A stretch of DNA of 64,000 nt from Tachypleus tridentatus (GCF_004210375.1 NC_134837.1:230377567-230441566); one strand, 5' to 3'; positions 1 through 13,532 are shown, counted from the stretch's first letter. Notes: generated by a model from the letters alone, not told the origin. Numbers and translations are program-made.

Positions 1-2165
1 GTGGAATCATGCCTGCCACATGACACGGAAGACTCACAATTGGGCCTGGGATACTTTTTGTAGGTATCCCATGCTCCTGCACCTCATTGCTTTCCACTAA
101 GCCCATGAACATGCTCAGTGGGTAAGATGTCAAAGTCAGAAGGACTCTTGGATTAAGTTCACAACCAGCATATCTTTTACCACCAATTCCAAAGTCATAT
201 GGGACAATATTTGAATGGTCAGTGGGCAATATAATTCTGTCCCTCTCTCGATCTTACTCTCTGATGGCCAGGAAGTAGCTGATATTCCAGGTGAAAGCTT
301 TTGCTGGGTATCTAGCAATTCTGCTTCTTCCTCCACCTTTTTAGCCATAAAGAGCCAGGCAGAGCGATCAACCAAGCTGATTGTCTCTATGACTGCAATT
401 GTCCCTTTACACTGGTGTAACTTAAACTGGCCCTTCGTCGGGCTGGCAGTACATTGGTTGAACCTGATGATGTACATTATAAAATGCTGTGTTGTCTATT
501 TCCCACTTCTCTTGCTATTTTTCTGTTTCTCCTTAGAGAGGATGGTTAATGCTCATCTCGTTTGGTTCCATGAATCAGACAACCTCCTCTCACCCTTCCA
601 GTGTGAGTTCCGACAACAGTGGTCCACCATAGACTACCTGATTCAACTTGAAACATCAATCAGAGAAGCCTTTCTCAAATGACAACATCTTGTATCATAT
701 TCTTTGACATTGAAAAGGCTTATGATACAACATGGAAGTTCCTGTTCTTTTCTACAGAAATTGGAGTCCCTCAGGGCTGTGTTTTGAGTGTCACTTTTCA
801 ATATAAAGATTAATGCCATCACTGAATGTCTCCTTCTTACTGTTTCAAACTGGCTTTATGTCATTGACTTTCACATCTCATCTCAGTCATCAAACGTGAG
901 GTATACTGAGAAGCAGCTACAGACTGCCCTCAATCATTTACTGAAATGGACTAGAACAAATGGTTTTAGGGAGAGAGAAGTTCAGGAAGAGGGAAGTTGT
1001 GCTACCTGTGGTCCCTATGACAAAGTTCTTTATATCACATATCAAGCAGCTACTGGTCAAATGTTCAAGAGCACTGAACATCCTCCATGTCCTCTCTTCC
1101 ACCACTTGGGGAGTGAATCAGTGTTCTATGCTAAAAATATATCTTGCTCTTATTCAATCAAAATTCAACTATGGATCACTGGTCTTTGGCTCTGCCAGGA
1201 CCTCAGCCTTAAAGATGCTGTATCCTATTCATCATCAAGGACTTAGGTTCTTAACCAGGGCTTTCTGCACATCCTCAGTTCAGAGCTTATACACAGAGTC
1301 TCATGAATTTTCTTTGCACCTCTACCATTTGCAACTGTCTTTACTATATGCTTTGAAACTTCATTCCTTACCAAAGCATCCCACCTGGGGTTGTGTTTTT
1401 CTTTCTAGGTGGGTCACACGTTTGCAGACCAGACAGTCTGCCATTGCTCCTTTTGGCCTTCGTATCCAGCTGCAGTTGGATGAATTAGGTCTGTCCTTGT
1501 ATAACATTGTTGTATCTACTGGTCAGCCTATCCCACCATGGCTTATTACAGTCCTCAATTGTGACCTGTTTTTAAGTCACCTGAGATAAGCAGATGCTCC
1601 TGATGGAAATAATGTCTGTTATATGCTGAACATCTTTCGAATCATTTTTCTATTCCTGTTTATACAGATGGTTCGAAATCAGGTGACTGTGTGGGCTCTG
1701 CCATGGTTTGTTTTGATTCAATGGTTGCACACAGAATCCCCTCTACAGCTTCTGTGTTCACTGCCTAACTGTACACCATTTCTCTTGCCCTAGATCACAG
1801 AGTAGCTAAGCAGTACTCAAATTGCACTATTTATATTGACTTGTTCAGTTCTCTACTAGAATCAATTCATGATAGCTCACACCCTGTTTTTGCCAATATT
1901 CTAAAGCAATTGGCCTATTTCTCTTTAACATCTATCCAGTTTTTCTGGATACTGGGGCACATTGATATTCTCAGGAACGAGCTCGCCAACACTGCAGCTA
2001 AATCTATATGCTCTGGCACTATCACTGCTGTGCTTATTCCATACATGGACTATGGTCCTGTATTTAAGGTTCTGCTCTGTGCTAGGTGGCAGTCAACTTG
2101 GAGTGAGCAACATGAAAACAAGCTTTTTCAAGTAAAACCCTCTAAAAGTCCATCTTGTTTGATTT
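1..2165 (+). mobile_element. Non-LTR retrotransposon (LINE) copy 1, truncated at the window edge: reverse transcriptase plus RNase H
   Basis: RT motifs are present: FQCEFRQQWSTIDYL (FRKGRST-like), an NGF…F/YADD-region block, and the thumb block LKIYLALIQSKFNYGSLVFGSA. An RNase H block follows (YTDGSKSGDCVGSAMV … ILGHIDILRNELANTAAK). About 85% nucleotide similarity to the copies at ~9.6-11.2 kb and ~51.5-54 kb. The frame is broken by stops and frameshifts. Confidence 0.8.
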
Positions 2166-2169
2166 GAAA

Positions 2170-2450
2170 TTAGAAAATGGCCATAACGTCAAATAACTCG
2201 AAACCAGGACTGGAAAGGCCAATTTCAGGTGACTAACGCTACTCTTTGAACTATCTATTAGTGATCTTGGTGAGTTATAATTAAATTTTTTCTAAAAGTC
2301 TTTTAAAACTTTCATTATTTTACTTTCTGAAAATGGCCATAATGTCAAATAACTCAAAATCAGGGCTGGAAAGGCCAACTTCAGGTGACTAACAGCTGTT
2401 TTTCAACTTATCTGTTAATCTTCCTGGCTAGTTATGATAATTACAGTTAT
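2170..2450. repeat. Tandem repeat, ~156-bp unit x about 1.8 (AAAATGGCCATAAYGTCAAATAACTC…GGCCAA.TTCAGGTGACTAAC)
   Basis: A direct repeat begins at 2173 and again at 2329. It replaces the 3' end of LINE copy 1. Confidence 0.7.
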
Positions 2451-3219
2451 GCTACAGAAAGTCCTTTACAGCTTGTATTACTGTAGTTTTTCTTAGTGCT
2501 ATAGACTTGATGTAAAAATTGGTTTTAATGCTATTTATGTTTTTTTTAATTGAAAAATTAAACTTCAATTTGTTTTACCTTAATTTCCTTTTGTAAGTTT
2601 TATTAATTTTACTTTAATTTTAACTTTTTACCTGATGTTTGGCACAGATAGCCCACTTGCTTTGTGCCATAAAACACCAATGAAGCATGTCATGAATCAT
2701 CCTTGTAACTCTCCTTTGAATCCTTTTTTGAAGTTCTGTGTTCTTCTTAAGGTAACATAATGTAATGTTTAAGGATAACACGGAACCTGTTGGCCCATTT
2801 TGGCCTTTCTGTGCTATAAACTAAAAATGTTATAAAATGAAAATAAAAAAATTTAAAGCCAGCCCTAGTCATTCTTATATGTATCAAGCTTTTTCTTAAG
2901 CTCTTTTAAATTTACTACCTCTATAACATCTGATGGCAATCTACCACCCTGTTGAAAAATAAAATTGTCTTTGCTGATTGTGTTGCAATCATGGATATAT
3001 GTTTCATATTTCCACTGTTCTCACTGTTAGGTATGAAAAAAAATTAATGCATCTGCACAATCAGTTCTCTTGACAACCCTGAACACTTCAGTTATATCTC
3101 CTCTAACTCTTTTATTTTTGAAAGAAAATTATGAAGAGATTTCAGTATCATTTCATATCACAAATTCTTCATCCCAGAAACCATTTTCTGAATCTTTTCC
3201 AACAATTCAGTGCCCTTCT

Positions 3220-3935
3220 GAAATTAAGGAGCTGAAGACTGAACACAATATTCCAAATGTGACCTAACCAATGACATATACAATGATAATATAACCTCTT
3301 TAGAGCTGTATTAAATATTTCTGTAGATGACATAATAGATTAATCAACCATTACACCAACACCCTTTTCTTTCATGACACTGTTAAGGTTACTTCTATCC
3401 AAATTATACTTATAATTAAAATTATGATAACCCACATGTATTATCTTGCATTTATTATAATTAAAGCCAACCTATCATTTATTTGCACAACTCACTAAAG
3501 GATCTAAAGGAATTCAAGACTGAGCACAATATCCCAAATATAGCCTAAACAGGATCTTCTACAATGAAATTATATTCTCTATGATGGGACCTCCTAGATA
3601 GACCAAGAGGTTTTTTGTCCATAAATTTTATGTTAAAGTAAGAAGCTTAAGATGAAATATAGTTCTCCAAATGAGGCCTAACATGTGACATATATATGGA
3701 ATGATAACACCTTGATACATATTCATTATTTCAGTGAATACAATATAATACCGTATTTGCCCTACTACTGGCAATAGCACATTGCTTGAATAGCTTAAGG
3801 TACTGATCAGTCAGAGCACCAAGATTTGTTTTTACCATAACAATGATAAGGTTGTTTCCATCAAAATTAGAATTTAAGTCATGAGAACCCACATGCATTA
3901 CCTTGTATTTATTATAATTAAAATCCATCTTTTTT
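3220..3935. repeat. Tandem duplication, ~440-450-bp unit x about 2, upstream of PARP4 exon 1
   Basis: 3222-3300, 3497-3560 and 3644-3715 share …AAGACTGARCACAATATYCCAAAT.TGRCCTAA…. 3388-3470 and 3838-3930 share …ACCCACATGYATTAYCTTGYATTTATTATAATTAAA…. Confidence 0.6.
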
Positions 3936-4813
3936 TCTAACTCGTCAAATTATATAAATTCTTTTTTAAAGCAGTAGCAGCATCTTTATAGCAAATGACA
4001 ATTGCTTAAAATCATCAGCTTGTTGACCATTTTTTAACTATTTCAGTGATGCAAGTCAAAAAGAGCAAAGGCTCTAACACAATACCAAAATATTATACTT
4101 GTGACATTTTTCTTTTATAATATAGTTATTTGGATAGGATAGCATAAATGAATCAACAGTTCACTTGTTTGTCCTTAAATTTTTTCATATTGACTAAATT
4201 CTATATATAAAACTCACTACTTCCATCCATCTAGCTGTGTTTCTATTAAAAAAGCCATCTTATCTTACACATAACTATAATATTTTAATAAAAAGCATTT
4301 TATGTGGCACTTGTCAAATGCTTTCTGAAAATCCAGTTTTGTCAAATCCACACTAACACACACTAATATACGTAAACAGGAACTTAATGTTATAAAATTA
4401 GTGAGATAGGATTTTCATATAGTGATATTATGTTTATTATCCAATAAAATTTTAAGTAAATAAAACTAACACCCATAATATTTGAAGTGCATTAAATTAT
4501 TAATTTTGTATTTTTACTAATATGGTACATGTATTTCAGTCACCACTTTAACTAAAACTGATTTAAAGATGCTCATCAGAATTGGTAAAATAAGATGAAT
4601 ATTAAAAGCTTTTAAAAACCTAATTTTCTTAGTTTACAGGAAAACTGTGTAAACCTTGTATTTTATGTTTTGAGACTATATTATATAATTAATGTTTTTG
4701 ATATTATTTGAGATGCATTCTAACTAATCCTAAAATCTTGCTATCTGAGAAACATTAATTGTTTTTTATTCAGTATTTTTCAATTTGGTGTTAGCTGTTT
4801 TAGGACAGGAATC

Positions 4814-5179
4814 ATGACATCAATTTTGGAAGCTTTTGTGCCTGTACTGGGTGTTCTAGGGAAATCTGATTCTTGTGATAGACCAGAAAATTTACAGTTG
4901 TTAGCTGATGAGTTTAAACCATCAACTATTTTATCACTGAAATCAACTTCAGTTAGACAGCCAAGAGAAGGTGCAGATACAACTAAAACACCTGTTATAA
5001 AACAGACAGTTAGCAGTTCTACAAATTATGTTGATAATGTCAAAAGTAAGAACAATGTGTTTGGTGGTCAACAGATTGTACTGGACATACCCTCTTCACT
5101 TAGTCTGAAAGAAAAGCAAAAGTTAAGGGAAAAAATTGTGGATAATGGTGGTCAGTTATCATACATTGTCACAAACAAG
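4814..5179 (+). CDS. PARP4: PARP4-like (vault PARP) exon 1: start codon, ~80-aa Ser/Thr/Lys-rich N-terminal extension, then first half of BRCT domain (…VFGGQQIVLDIPSSLSLKEKQKLREKIVDNGGQLSYIVTNK)
   Basis: ATG at 4814 is the first in-frame Met after an upstream in-frame TAA about 75 nt away. A sits at -3. The ORF runs to an AAG|GTGAGT donor at 5179/5180. The C-terminal part aligns to the human PARP4 BRCT region (KKKLQTDIKENGGKFSFSLNPQ). Confidence 0.75.
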
Positions 5180-8100
5180 GTGAGTTGATTTATGTTAATT
5201 TCTGTATATGGTTTAAAAGAGAGATATTTTGTGACTGAAATCAGTTTTGCTATCCCAAATCAACAGGAGAGCAAACAGTCATGATCAGTGTTTGGACTTA
5301 CAATATTAAAATTAGTGTTACATGTTGTAATTCACTGTATTAGTGTGTAAGCATTTTACCCTTATCTTGAACATATTATTAGAGATCATTTGGTAACAAG
5401 TTTATAAGAGAGAAGAATAGCTCTCATTGACATGAAAACCTACAATTAGTAGTAAATATAAAATATGTAATCTAAGAAGAAAAAGTTACATTTTTATGCA
5501 GATTTTTATCTGATTAAAGTAGAGTTAATATAAACAGTTTGCCTGGTTGTCAAAAGGTTAAGATGGGAATTCATATGATGTGTTTTTTTGTTTTTTTTGT
5601 GGGCTTAATCAAAGTAGTTGGGTTGCACTTCATAATACTATGATACATTGTTCAGTTTGAAAAGGATAAAATTTTTTGTGACTTTTAGTATTTGAATTTT
5701 AAATAGGGTAGATTGTAAGTGATGGGTATAATTTAGCTTTTATTTTTACCACATACGAAATTTTAGTTGAGAGAACATGTTTATTTTACTATTTAGTGTA
5801 GTGTTGTTATCTATATACAGTATTTCAATTGAGAAAATTTTCTCTTTTCTGTGTTTAGGGTACTAGTGTTGTTATTTAATTGTGAAAATGATGTTATTAA
5901 TTGTATTCAATATCCTATAGTAATTGAAATAATGCTTTGTTCTTATCTGTTTATAGTGATGTTGTTATTCATATTATACAATAAAGATGAGAGGATACTT
6001 CTTGTTTCTTTGAAGACAATACCATATCTCTTCATACAGTTATGCTGTCTTCTCCACACATATGCTTTGGGGATTTGCATGCCTCTAACACTTTGTGCAC
6101 TCTCACCTAATCTCTGGATAATTCTTGTCAATTTTGCAAAAGCCCTCCACCAATAAGAGAGTGATGCACTTCTGTGTACACTATTACACTTTATGCATTT
6201 ACACACAAGAATGTTCAATATTTTTTTTACTATTGAATATATCACTTTTTTTTCAAGTTAATGAGGTTTATAATGTTTGAGGAACTTAGTTTCCTTCATT
6301 ACTTCTTCAAACAATGAAATCACAAATTCATGGAACATTTTTTAATATTTGTGTGAATGAAAAATATCCACACGTAGTGTATTTATCAATTTTGGCTCGT
6401 GGAGGCACATTAACTGAGGATGACATGATGACCCCAGGACCTTCATTTCTAGTCCCTTTTTCAGGTGTTCCTTCTTGATTTGAGGAGAGAATGAGGAGGA
6501 TCAGTTTGTTTATTTTGTTCTTCTCCTTGTTATGCTTTATGAACATCTCTCCTTGTTAAAGAGAACCCTCAAACGTTTTGCATTATCAAGACTTAGTTTC
6601 ACATTTTTTCTCTCTATCCTGTGTGGTATGATTCTTCTTACTCCCCACTTCTTAATTTTAATCCTAAATACTTTTTACTGATGTTAGCATTCAAACTGAT
6701 TTCTTCCTTGACCAACTCTGCCTTACTGCCCTTGTCTGTTTCTGTTATCCTGGATTTCAGTCATTCAAAATTCTTTTTCTTGATTTGCAAATTTGAAATT
6801 CTCTTGTCTGTTTGGCATCAGTTTTGCCCTCAAGTGCCCAAACATCTTTGCCCAATACTTCTTATCATATTTCCATATCTCTCTACTCTACAAGTCTGAG
6901 GCACCCCATCGTACTACAGAGTAGGTGATTCTCATTTCCTTCTTTTCCCACTTTGGTAACTCCACATTTTCTACTATTTTATGTTCACTTTGCTCTTTGT
7001 TGCTAAAAGTATTTGGGTAAGGATACTCTCCTTTTTCCAGGTTTGACTTCTTTCTTACCTTCTATGAGATCCTTATCTAGCTCCCTTTCTTTGTCCTAAA
7101 GTTTTTGGGAGCATTTCTGACTTTTATTGAATTATGGATTGAGACTGTTTTAATTCCTTGCTTTCATCTTTAGTTTACATATTGTTCCAAACTCAACCCT
7201 CCATACTGTACCTTGACCTATTCTTATGTTTCCTGTATTTCAATTTCCATTTTTCATCCCTCATCCTTTTCTCATCTTACTTCTACCTGATGTCAGACTC
7301 ATTAAGCTTCTTGGTGACTACTAAGTCAAGTCAGGAACTGTGGTAGCCTCCTTGTCATGGTTTGTGCAACTATGGTCACACTTCTCTGTACACAGAAAGT
7401 TTACTTCACTTCCTACCAATTGAGTTTCTCTAAAATTCTATTCCGTTTTCTATTTCAACCCTTATTCCTTTTCATTTACACCTCCATCCAATCATTTATA
7501 TCTACATTGTCTTAAGAAGATCAATACTTAGAAATTTTTCAGTCAATTCCACTCAGAATCTTGTTTACATGGGAGTTTTTTTAATTATTTTCTCAGCAGT
7601 GCTCAACCTTCTTCTATCTTCCTGCAAGCCATTGAACTAACAGTCACCAGAATTGATACCTCTCTTACTTATATTACTTGAATGGTTTTCTGTTTTTGGA
7701 GACCATGGTTTCACAGGATCTACTTATCTATTTAGCAAATATGTGCCTTTACCAGTGGTCCTTATATGATTACTGGTGAATTTAATGGTTCATCTGTATC
7801 TTCCACTTTTCCAGGATTTGTTTTGGTGACTGGACTGATTCACTGACACCATAAGGGTTCCATTACCTTCACCCAGCCTGAACCTACACCTCTTCACCAA
7901 TGCTTCTCTCTCTCTGGTTTGGGAGCATCTCTGAACAACAATTTCACATTGTGCTCAGGAACCCAAGAGATGTTTTTTCTCCATATCAGTGCACTAAAAC
8001 TTCTGATAGTCCATCAGGCATCCTCCCATTTCTTACCCCTTTTCATAGAACATTCTGTTATGATTCACTAGATCCATGTGTGACATATTCATTACATCAT

Positions 8101-8989
8101 ATCTTTACCCTGAGAATGGAGAAGAATAAAGTTATTCATGATGGGAAACAGAAACAAAATGGGAAAATCCTGACCTCTATTGCAATTCTACATGCACACA
8201 AGATAAAAATTTCAGAAAGTTGGGGGTTGTGCATCATGCAATAAAAAAGTTTTTCCAGTATCATATAAGCATGAGTTCCATTATAATATGATTCCAACAA
8301 CTCTTAAGGTGTATTCCTCTATCAATCACCAAGGGGTACCTGATGCAATGCTCTTAGCTCTCAAACATTTCACATTCTTTATTGGGCCAGTTCGTAACAG
8401 TTTTGTTTTATTGTCATGTACTGGGCATTATGAACCTAGTTGTGAACTGCTTATCAAGACCCAGGGAAACTATGGCATTACTGCAGTGTCCTTGTTTGGC
8501 ATTGTAGTTGGTCTCCTCATAGGGATCCATGGTAGATAGGGTCAGTGGGCACTGAAATATTCTATTGTGATTATGGATTCCCCAACTCAAAATGACCATG
8601 TCTTGAAGATTCTGAACAGCAATATTCAACTTCTTCAACATCTGTACCTTGTTTTCTGATATTACATTCTTTATCATACAAGTCTGTAGGGCAAATGTCT
8701 CCCTTTTTTAATTCAGAAGGGAATTGAGGGGCTTGGTGGCTCTCCTAAGTCACTCAAAAATTACATTCTGGGGACATTTTGGTGGAAACATTCACTCCAA
8801 AACAGAATGAACTCCTCTTGCATTCAAAGGTCATTGAGGTTACTCCCCATGCTACTCTGAATTTCTTATGAGGAGTTATTTTTGAGAGAGATTTGAAGAA
8901 CATTCCTGAGTTAAAGATCCTCTCTGGTTTCTCCACCCAAGGTGTTTCTGCAAAGAGGCATGTCCCCACTTGCAAAGATGAAAATTAAA

Positions 8990-11230
8990 TTGTGATGCCA
9001 ACCAATGTCCTAATTTTGATGTTTACATCACCATGCCCATTTGCCACCATCAAGGCAGGTTATCTAAATTGCAAGGTGCAGCCATGTATTCCAAGCCCTG
9101 TCAGATGTTTCCAATGTCAGCAGTTCAGTCACTTGAAGACATCATGTAGTGGTTCACTGACATGTGCCTGTTGCAGTGGCAAGGACCATGATGCCTATGA
9201 GTGCAAAATGAACCCTCATTGTGCTAATTGTAGTGGGTCTTAACTTTCTTACTTTTCATTCTTGCTCAAAAGTTACTATCGACCTCTCCGTCTCGGACTT
9301 ATGCTGCTGTGCTTCATTCCACTGTTACTGTGGGAGTCTACACAGATCTCTCCATATCTCTGACAGAGTTGTTTTCATACCATGTGAAGAAACTTTTGCC
9401 CTCCATGGTTAAGAGAGTTGACAAGTCATTGTCAGTACCTATTTCTCTCTCCACCATTCCTTCCAGTGGCTCCCAAATCCACTTCCTCTGGTCCATTTTT
9501 TTCTTTGGCCCTGGGATGCAGAACAGTTATTTGTTCATGCCCTTAGTCACTGGAACCTTTATCTACCAGCAAAGGCCTGCCCAATTGACCCAGGGTAGGA
9601 TCCATGGAGGTTGATAGACCTTCTAATAAATAGAAATGATGCAGTCAAAAACAGAAGTGCTCTCCATTCAGTTCTCTCTTACATAAGTAAAAATTTTGTC
9701 ATTAATACAATGAAACAGTTGAGGTTTCAGTGCTGATTTGGATGACATCAAAGCACTGATTGATTCTTACCATTCTGAGTGTCTTACGGGAAACATTTCT
9801 GAGACCTGTTGATACAGTCACCTTTTGGCAGTTTTCTTTGTATAGAAATGACAGGTTATATGATGGACAGGTGCACAAAGGGGTGGCACTACTGGTTGAT
9901 CAGTATCTATCTTTGCCACTCAGTACACCCTTGGAGGATGTAGCCATTCATGTTTTTTTGGGTCATACCATCACTGTTTGTTCTCTCTACATGTTTCCTG
10001 AGGAGACCTATAAACAGTCATACCTTGATGTTCTAATTGAACTGTTGCTGTCTCTCTTTTTAATCCTGGGGGAATTTAATGGACATAATCCTGTCTAGGG
10101 TGGTGCTGATATTGATGGAAAGGGTCATTCTGTAGCACATATGCTCTTGGATCATAACCTTTCTCTCTTCAGTAGTGGTACTTATACTTAGTTTCATCCA
10201 TCTAGTCAGTCTGTTACTGCTGTTGCTCTCTCTATCTGCTGTTCTTCACTTTTCTCTCATTTCTCTTGGAGGGTTGGCAGTGACCCATGGGGCAGTGATA
10301 ATTTTTCTGTCATGTTGAGGGAGACTAGCCATGGTTGATGCCACCCAACCCGTGTGCCACAGTGGAAGCTGGAACTGGCCAACTGGCCCTCTTTCACTAC
10401 TTCCTCAGGACTTGATACTGCCTTTGTCTGTAAGCCATTGATAGACAACTGTGTGGCAACGGTAACTGACTGTATTGTCCAAGCAGATGCTCAATCTATT
10501 CTTAAATCTTTAACATATTTCCCATGGTATCCTTGTTCATGGTGGAATCCTGCATGCCATGTGGCACAGAAAGTTCAAAAATGAGCCTGGGATAGCTTTC
10601 TTAGATATCCTGAACTTTTAAAACCTCATTGCTTTCAAGTGGGCCTATGCACATGCTCAGCAAGTAAGATGTCAAAGCTGGAAGGAATCTTGGATTAAGT
10701 GTTTACATCTAGCATCTTTTCTACTGCCAATTCCAAAGTCATAGGAGACAAAATTTGGAAGGTCAGTGATCAATATACTTTCACCCCCCTTTCAATCTTG
10801 CTCTTCGATGGCCAGGAAGTTGCTGACGTGCAGAGCATCACCAGTACTCTCTGTGAAAGCTTTTCTAATGCATCTAGCACTTCTGCCTCATCACCCATCT
10901 TCTTAGCCATCAAGACTTGGGTAGAGTGATCACCTCTTTCCTTTTGGACTGATTGTCTCTTTGAGTATAATTGCACCTTTACATTGGTTGAACTCAGGCT
11001 TGCTCTTCATCAGTCTGGCAGTAAAACAGTTGGACCTGATGATATTAACTATGAGATGCTGCACCATTTCTCTCCTGTCTCTCTTGTAAGTATTCTGATT
11101 GTTTTAACTGGATCTGGCAGGAAAATGCTTTTTCTGATACGTGGCACCTGGGTATTGTTCTCCCTTTCTCTAAGCCTCTTTTTTTTTTTTTTTTATCAGA
11201 TACCCTATTTGCTTTCTACTAATAAATGCC
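8990..11230 (+). mobile_element. LINE copy 2 (same family): ORF1 CCHC zinc knuckle, EN domain C-terminus, RT N-terminus
   Basis: The 8992-9243 ORF carries CX2CX4HX4C-like knuckles (RCFQCQQFSHLKTSC). An EN block at 9740-10100 reads LRETFLRP…ALLVDQ…GEFNGHNP. An RT region-0 block reads WHLGIVLPFSKP. Nucleotide-homologous to 1-520 and 51450-52300. The 5' and 3' limits are uncertain. Confidence 0.65.
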
Positions 11231-12849
11231 AACCAACCAAACAACCTCACACATCAGTGTTCCATCAAAAGATTTTGACCCTCTTACTTCACATTTGGAA
11301 TTTGTCAAGTCTATTACCCAAAGAAGTGGAATGTCATATCGTGTAACCTTTCTCATTTCTCTCACCCTTACACTTTGTTCATCTGTTGTAGTAAGTGCAT
11401 TCCTTTGCCTTTGATCCACCTGTTGCCACCATCCTTCTCACTATCCTACCATTAGCAGTCTCCTCCCTTTCTTTGCTTGTCTGTTTGATCATGGATCAAC
11501 TGTCTCTGCCATTGCCTGTTATCATGCAGAATCATCAACAACATTTCACTTACGTCATTATTACAGAATGTTTCCTCCCCGGCTCTTTCCATATTGTTCA
11601 TAGACCCATTACCCTGCTCCAGTGTGTGACTGATATCTCACTGTTATTTTGCTAGCTCTTACCCATGAAATTTATGAGCCTTTGACAACTTGCACCTTAT
11701 ACCACAATCTCTCAAGACATATTTCCTCTTGCATCTTGCCTGTGATTACCATTGTTTTGATACTTATGCTATCAGTTCTTCCTGTATCCTTTTCTTTTTC
11801 TCTTACATTCTTCTTTATCCTGACTTGTTCTTTCTTAATACTTTGGCTACTCAGAAAGGTGACTGTTATTTCCCTTGTATCTTTTTCATCTGATTCTCAC
11901 CTCTATGATCAGTTGGAGTAATACATTCTGTTGTACCCTGTTCATGCTATTCATTGACACTTATCTTGTACCTCACTCTTCCTGGATTTCCATCACTGAC
12001 TCTACATACCTGGGCTTTCCCTTCTTCTAGTGACATTCCTTGTTTTACTCATACAAGTTGGGCCTGAATAATACTCTGTTTAGTATACTCTCCATTGGGG
12101 CTTCATTATCACAGTCTGTTCCTCATCCTTTCCATCAGATTTGTCACCTTTCTCATTCTTTTGATGTTCATTTCCAATGGTTGCTGGAAGGAATCCTTCA
12201 GGTGGGCATGTAGACTATCATTTATACCTTCACCACTCACTATCTTTCTCATCTAGCTGTCTTGTTTCCTTTAGGGTACTATCTGCTTCTGTTTGCTATT
12301 CTAAGTTCTACCCATTATCTCAAAACTTTTTTTTACAACATTTGCATATAGTATCCTGCCAGGTGACTGATATTGCCTCCCAGGGTATATTTATTTCCCA
12401 AAATTCCACATCAAGCCAGGATAATGGAGTGTGCTTATACCACCCATCTTGGTTCCATATACTTCCATTGTGAGATGGAGTGTTTTGCAAGATCACTTGA
12501 AATACCCTTATGGTATTTATGTATACTAATACACACTGTACCTTTTTCATGGACCTGTCATGGAAAAAGCCAGCATCAGCAATTGTTCTGCCATTTTTCC
12601 CTTCCATGTGTTTGCTGGCTATTCAGAATAATATTATGGGGTCATCCATTGCACTATCTTCAGTAAAAGACCTTTTCAGATGAAAGACTAATGGGGATTT
12701 GGGCATTTTCTCTGAGTCTCCCCATTGCAAATTTCTTCCACTTTCCTCTTTGCTTGGAGTATGGGAAACCTTTGCCACTTGTCAGTTTCTAATCACTATG
12801 GGGGTTGTCTATGGAGAATTCTAACTGAATTGTATCTAACCACTGGGGC

Positions 12850-13210
12850 TGCAGCAAGGAGTGTCAATACAGTGAAGTGAAGTGCACCTCTCATATAGCT
12901 ATACTACATGCCACTTAGGCCATTTTCCTGTGGCCTGAGTCTACACAGTTGAGTTGAAGTGAGTACACACTCTAATGCTGTGTTCTCCTATTGCAGCTTA
13001 AGTCTGTTCAGTGGAGTTAAGGCAAGCACATAACCTAATAGTTATTGTTCTTTTACAGCCTGTGACTGTTCAGTTAAGAGGAGCACACACCTCTGTCCCT
13101 TGGCATTCTTCTGTGGTCTTGTCTGTTCAGTAACACTGAGATAAGCATGTGCCCTACTCTGGACATTCCCTGCCTAGTTGAGTTGAGATAAACATGCATC
13201 TATGGCTTTT
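12850..13210. repeat. Minisatellite, ~55-60-bp degenerate unit x about 6 (…CTGTTCAGTKRAGTTAAGG.AGCACA…)
   Basis: The motif family CTGTTCAGT/GTTGAGTTGA + AGCACA/AGTACACAC recurs head-to-tail. Confidence 0.6.
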
Positions 13211-13532
13211 TCTTGCAACAGACAAACAGGGTAACAGAATGTGTTCATGCACCCACATGCATGTCAGTAAATCAATATATCTGTTGCTGTAATAATTTCA
13301 GATAAGGATTATGTAAATAGATAAAAGATTCTATTGAGAGTGTACTTTATTTTCTTCTGTGTGGAGTGATATGGTGTCACACATTATCCTAATTGAGAGA
13401 ATGCTATGTTTAATGTTATCTGTAATAATGCCAAAGTTGACAAATGCTTCGTTTTATATGCACGAAGTAACATTATTATTATACATATTTATGATCCTAG
13501 ATGTGACTTTGATTTAATGTTTTTTTACTTAG

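Noticed and set aside
136-477. 113-aa minus-strand ORF and similar antisense ORFs (10770-10976, 51874-52080)
   Set aside because: They lie antisense within the LINE RT region and recur in each LINE copy. They are chance open frames, not genes.
11165-11195. T16 run that looked like the poly(A) tail of a minus-strand retroelement interrupting LINE copy 2
   Set aside because: The homologous position in LINE copy 3 (about 52230) reads CCTTTTTTTCTCTAAATCAG. The run is a microsatellite expansion inside the LINE, and sequence similarity resumes after it.
11395-12666. Cluster of overlapping Leu/Ser/Cys-rich ORFs (86-98 aa) on several frames
   Set aside because: They arise from a CT-rich low-complexity tract. 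There are no splice-consistent boundaries, no homology, and the frames overlap. Not coding.
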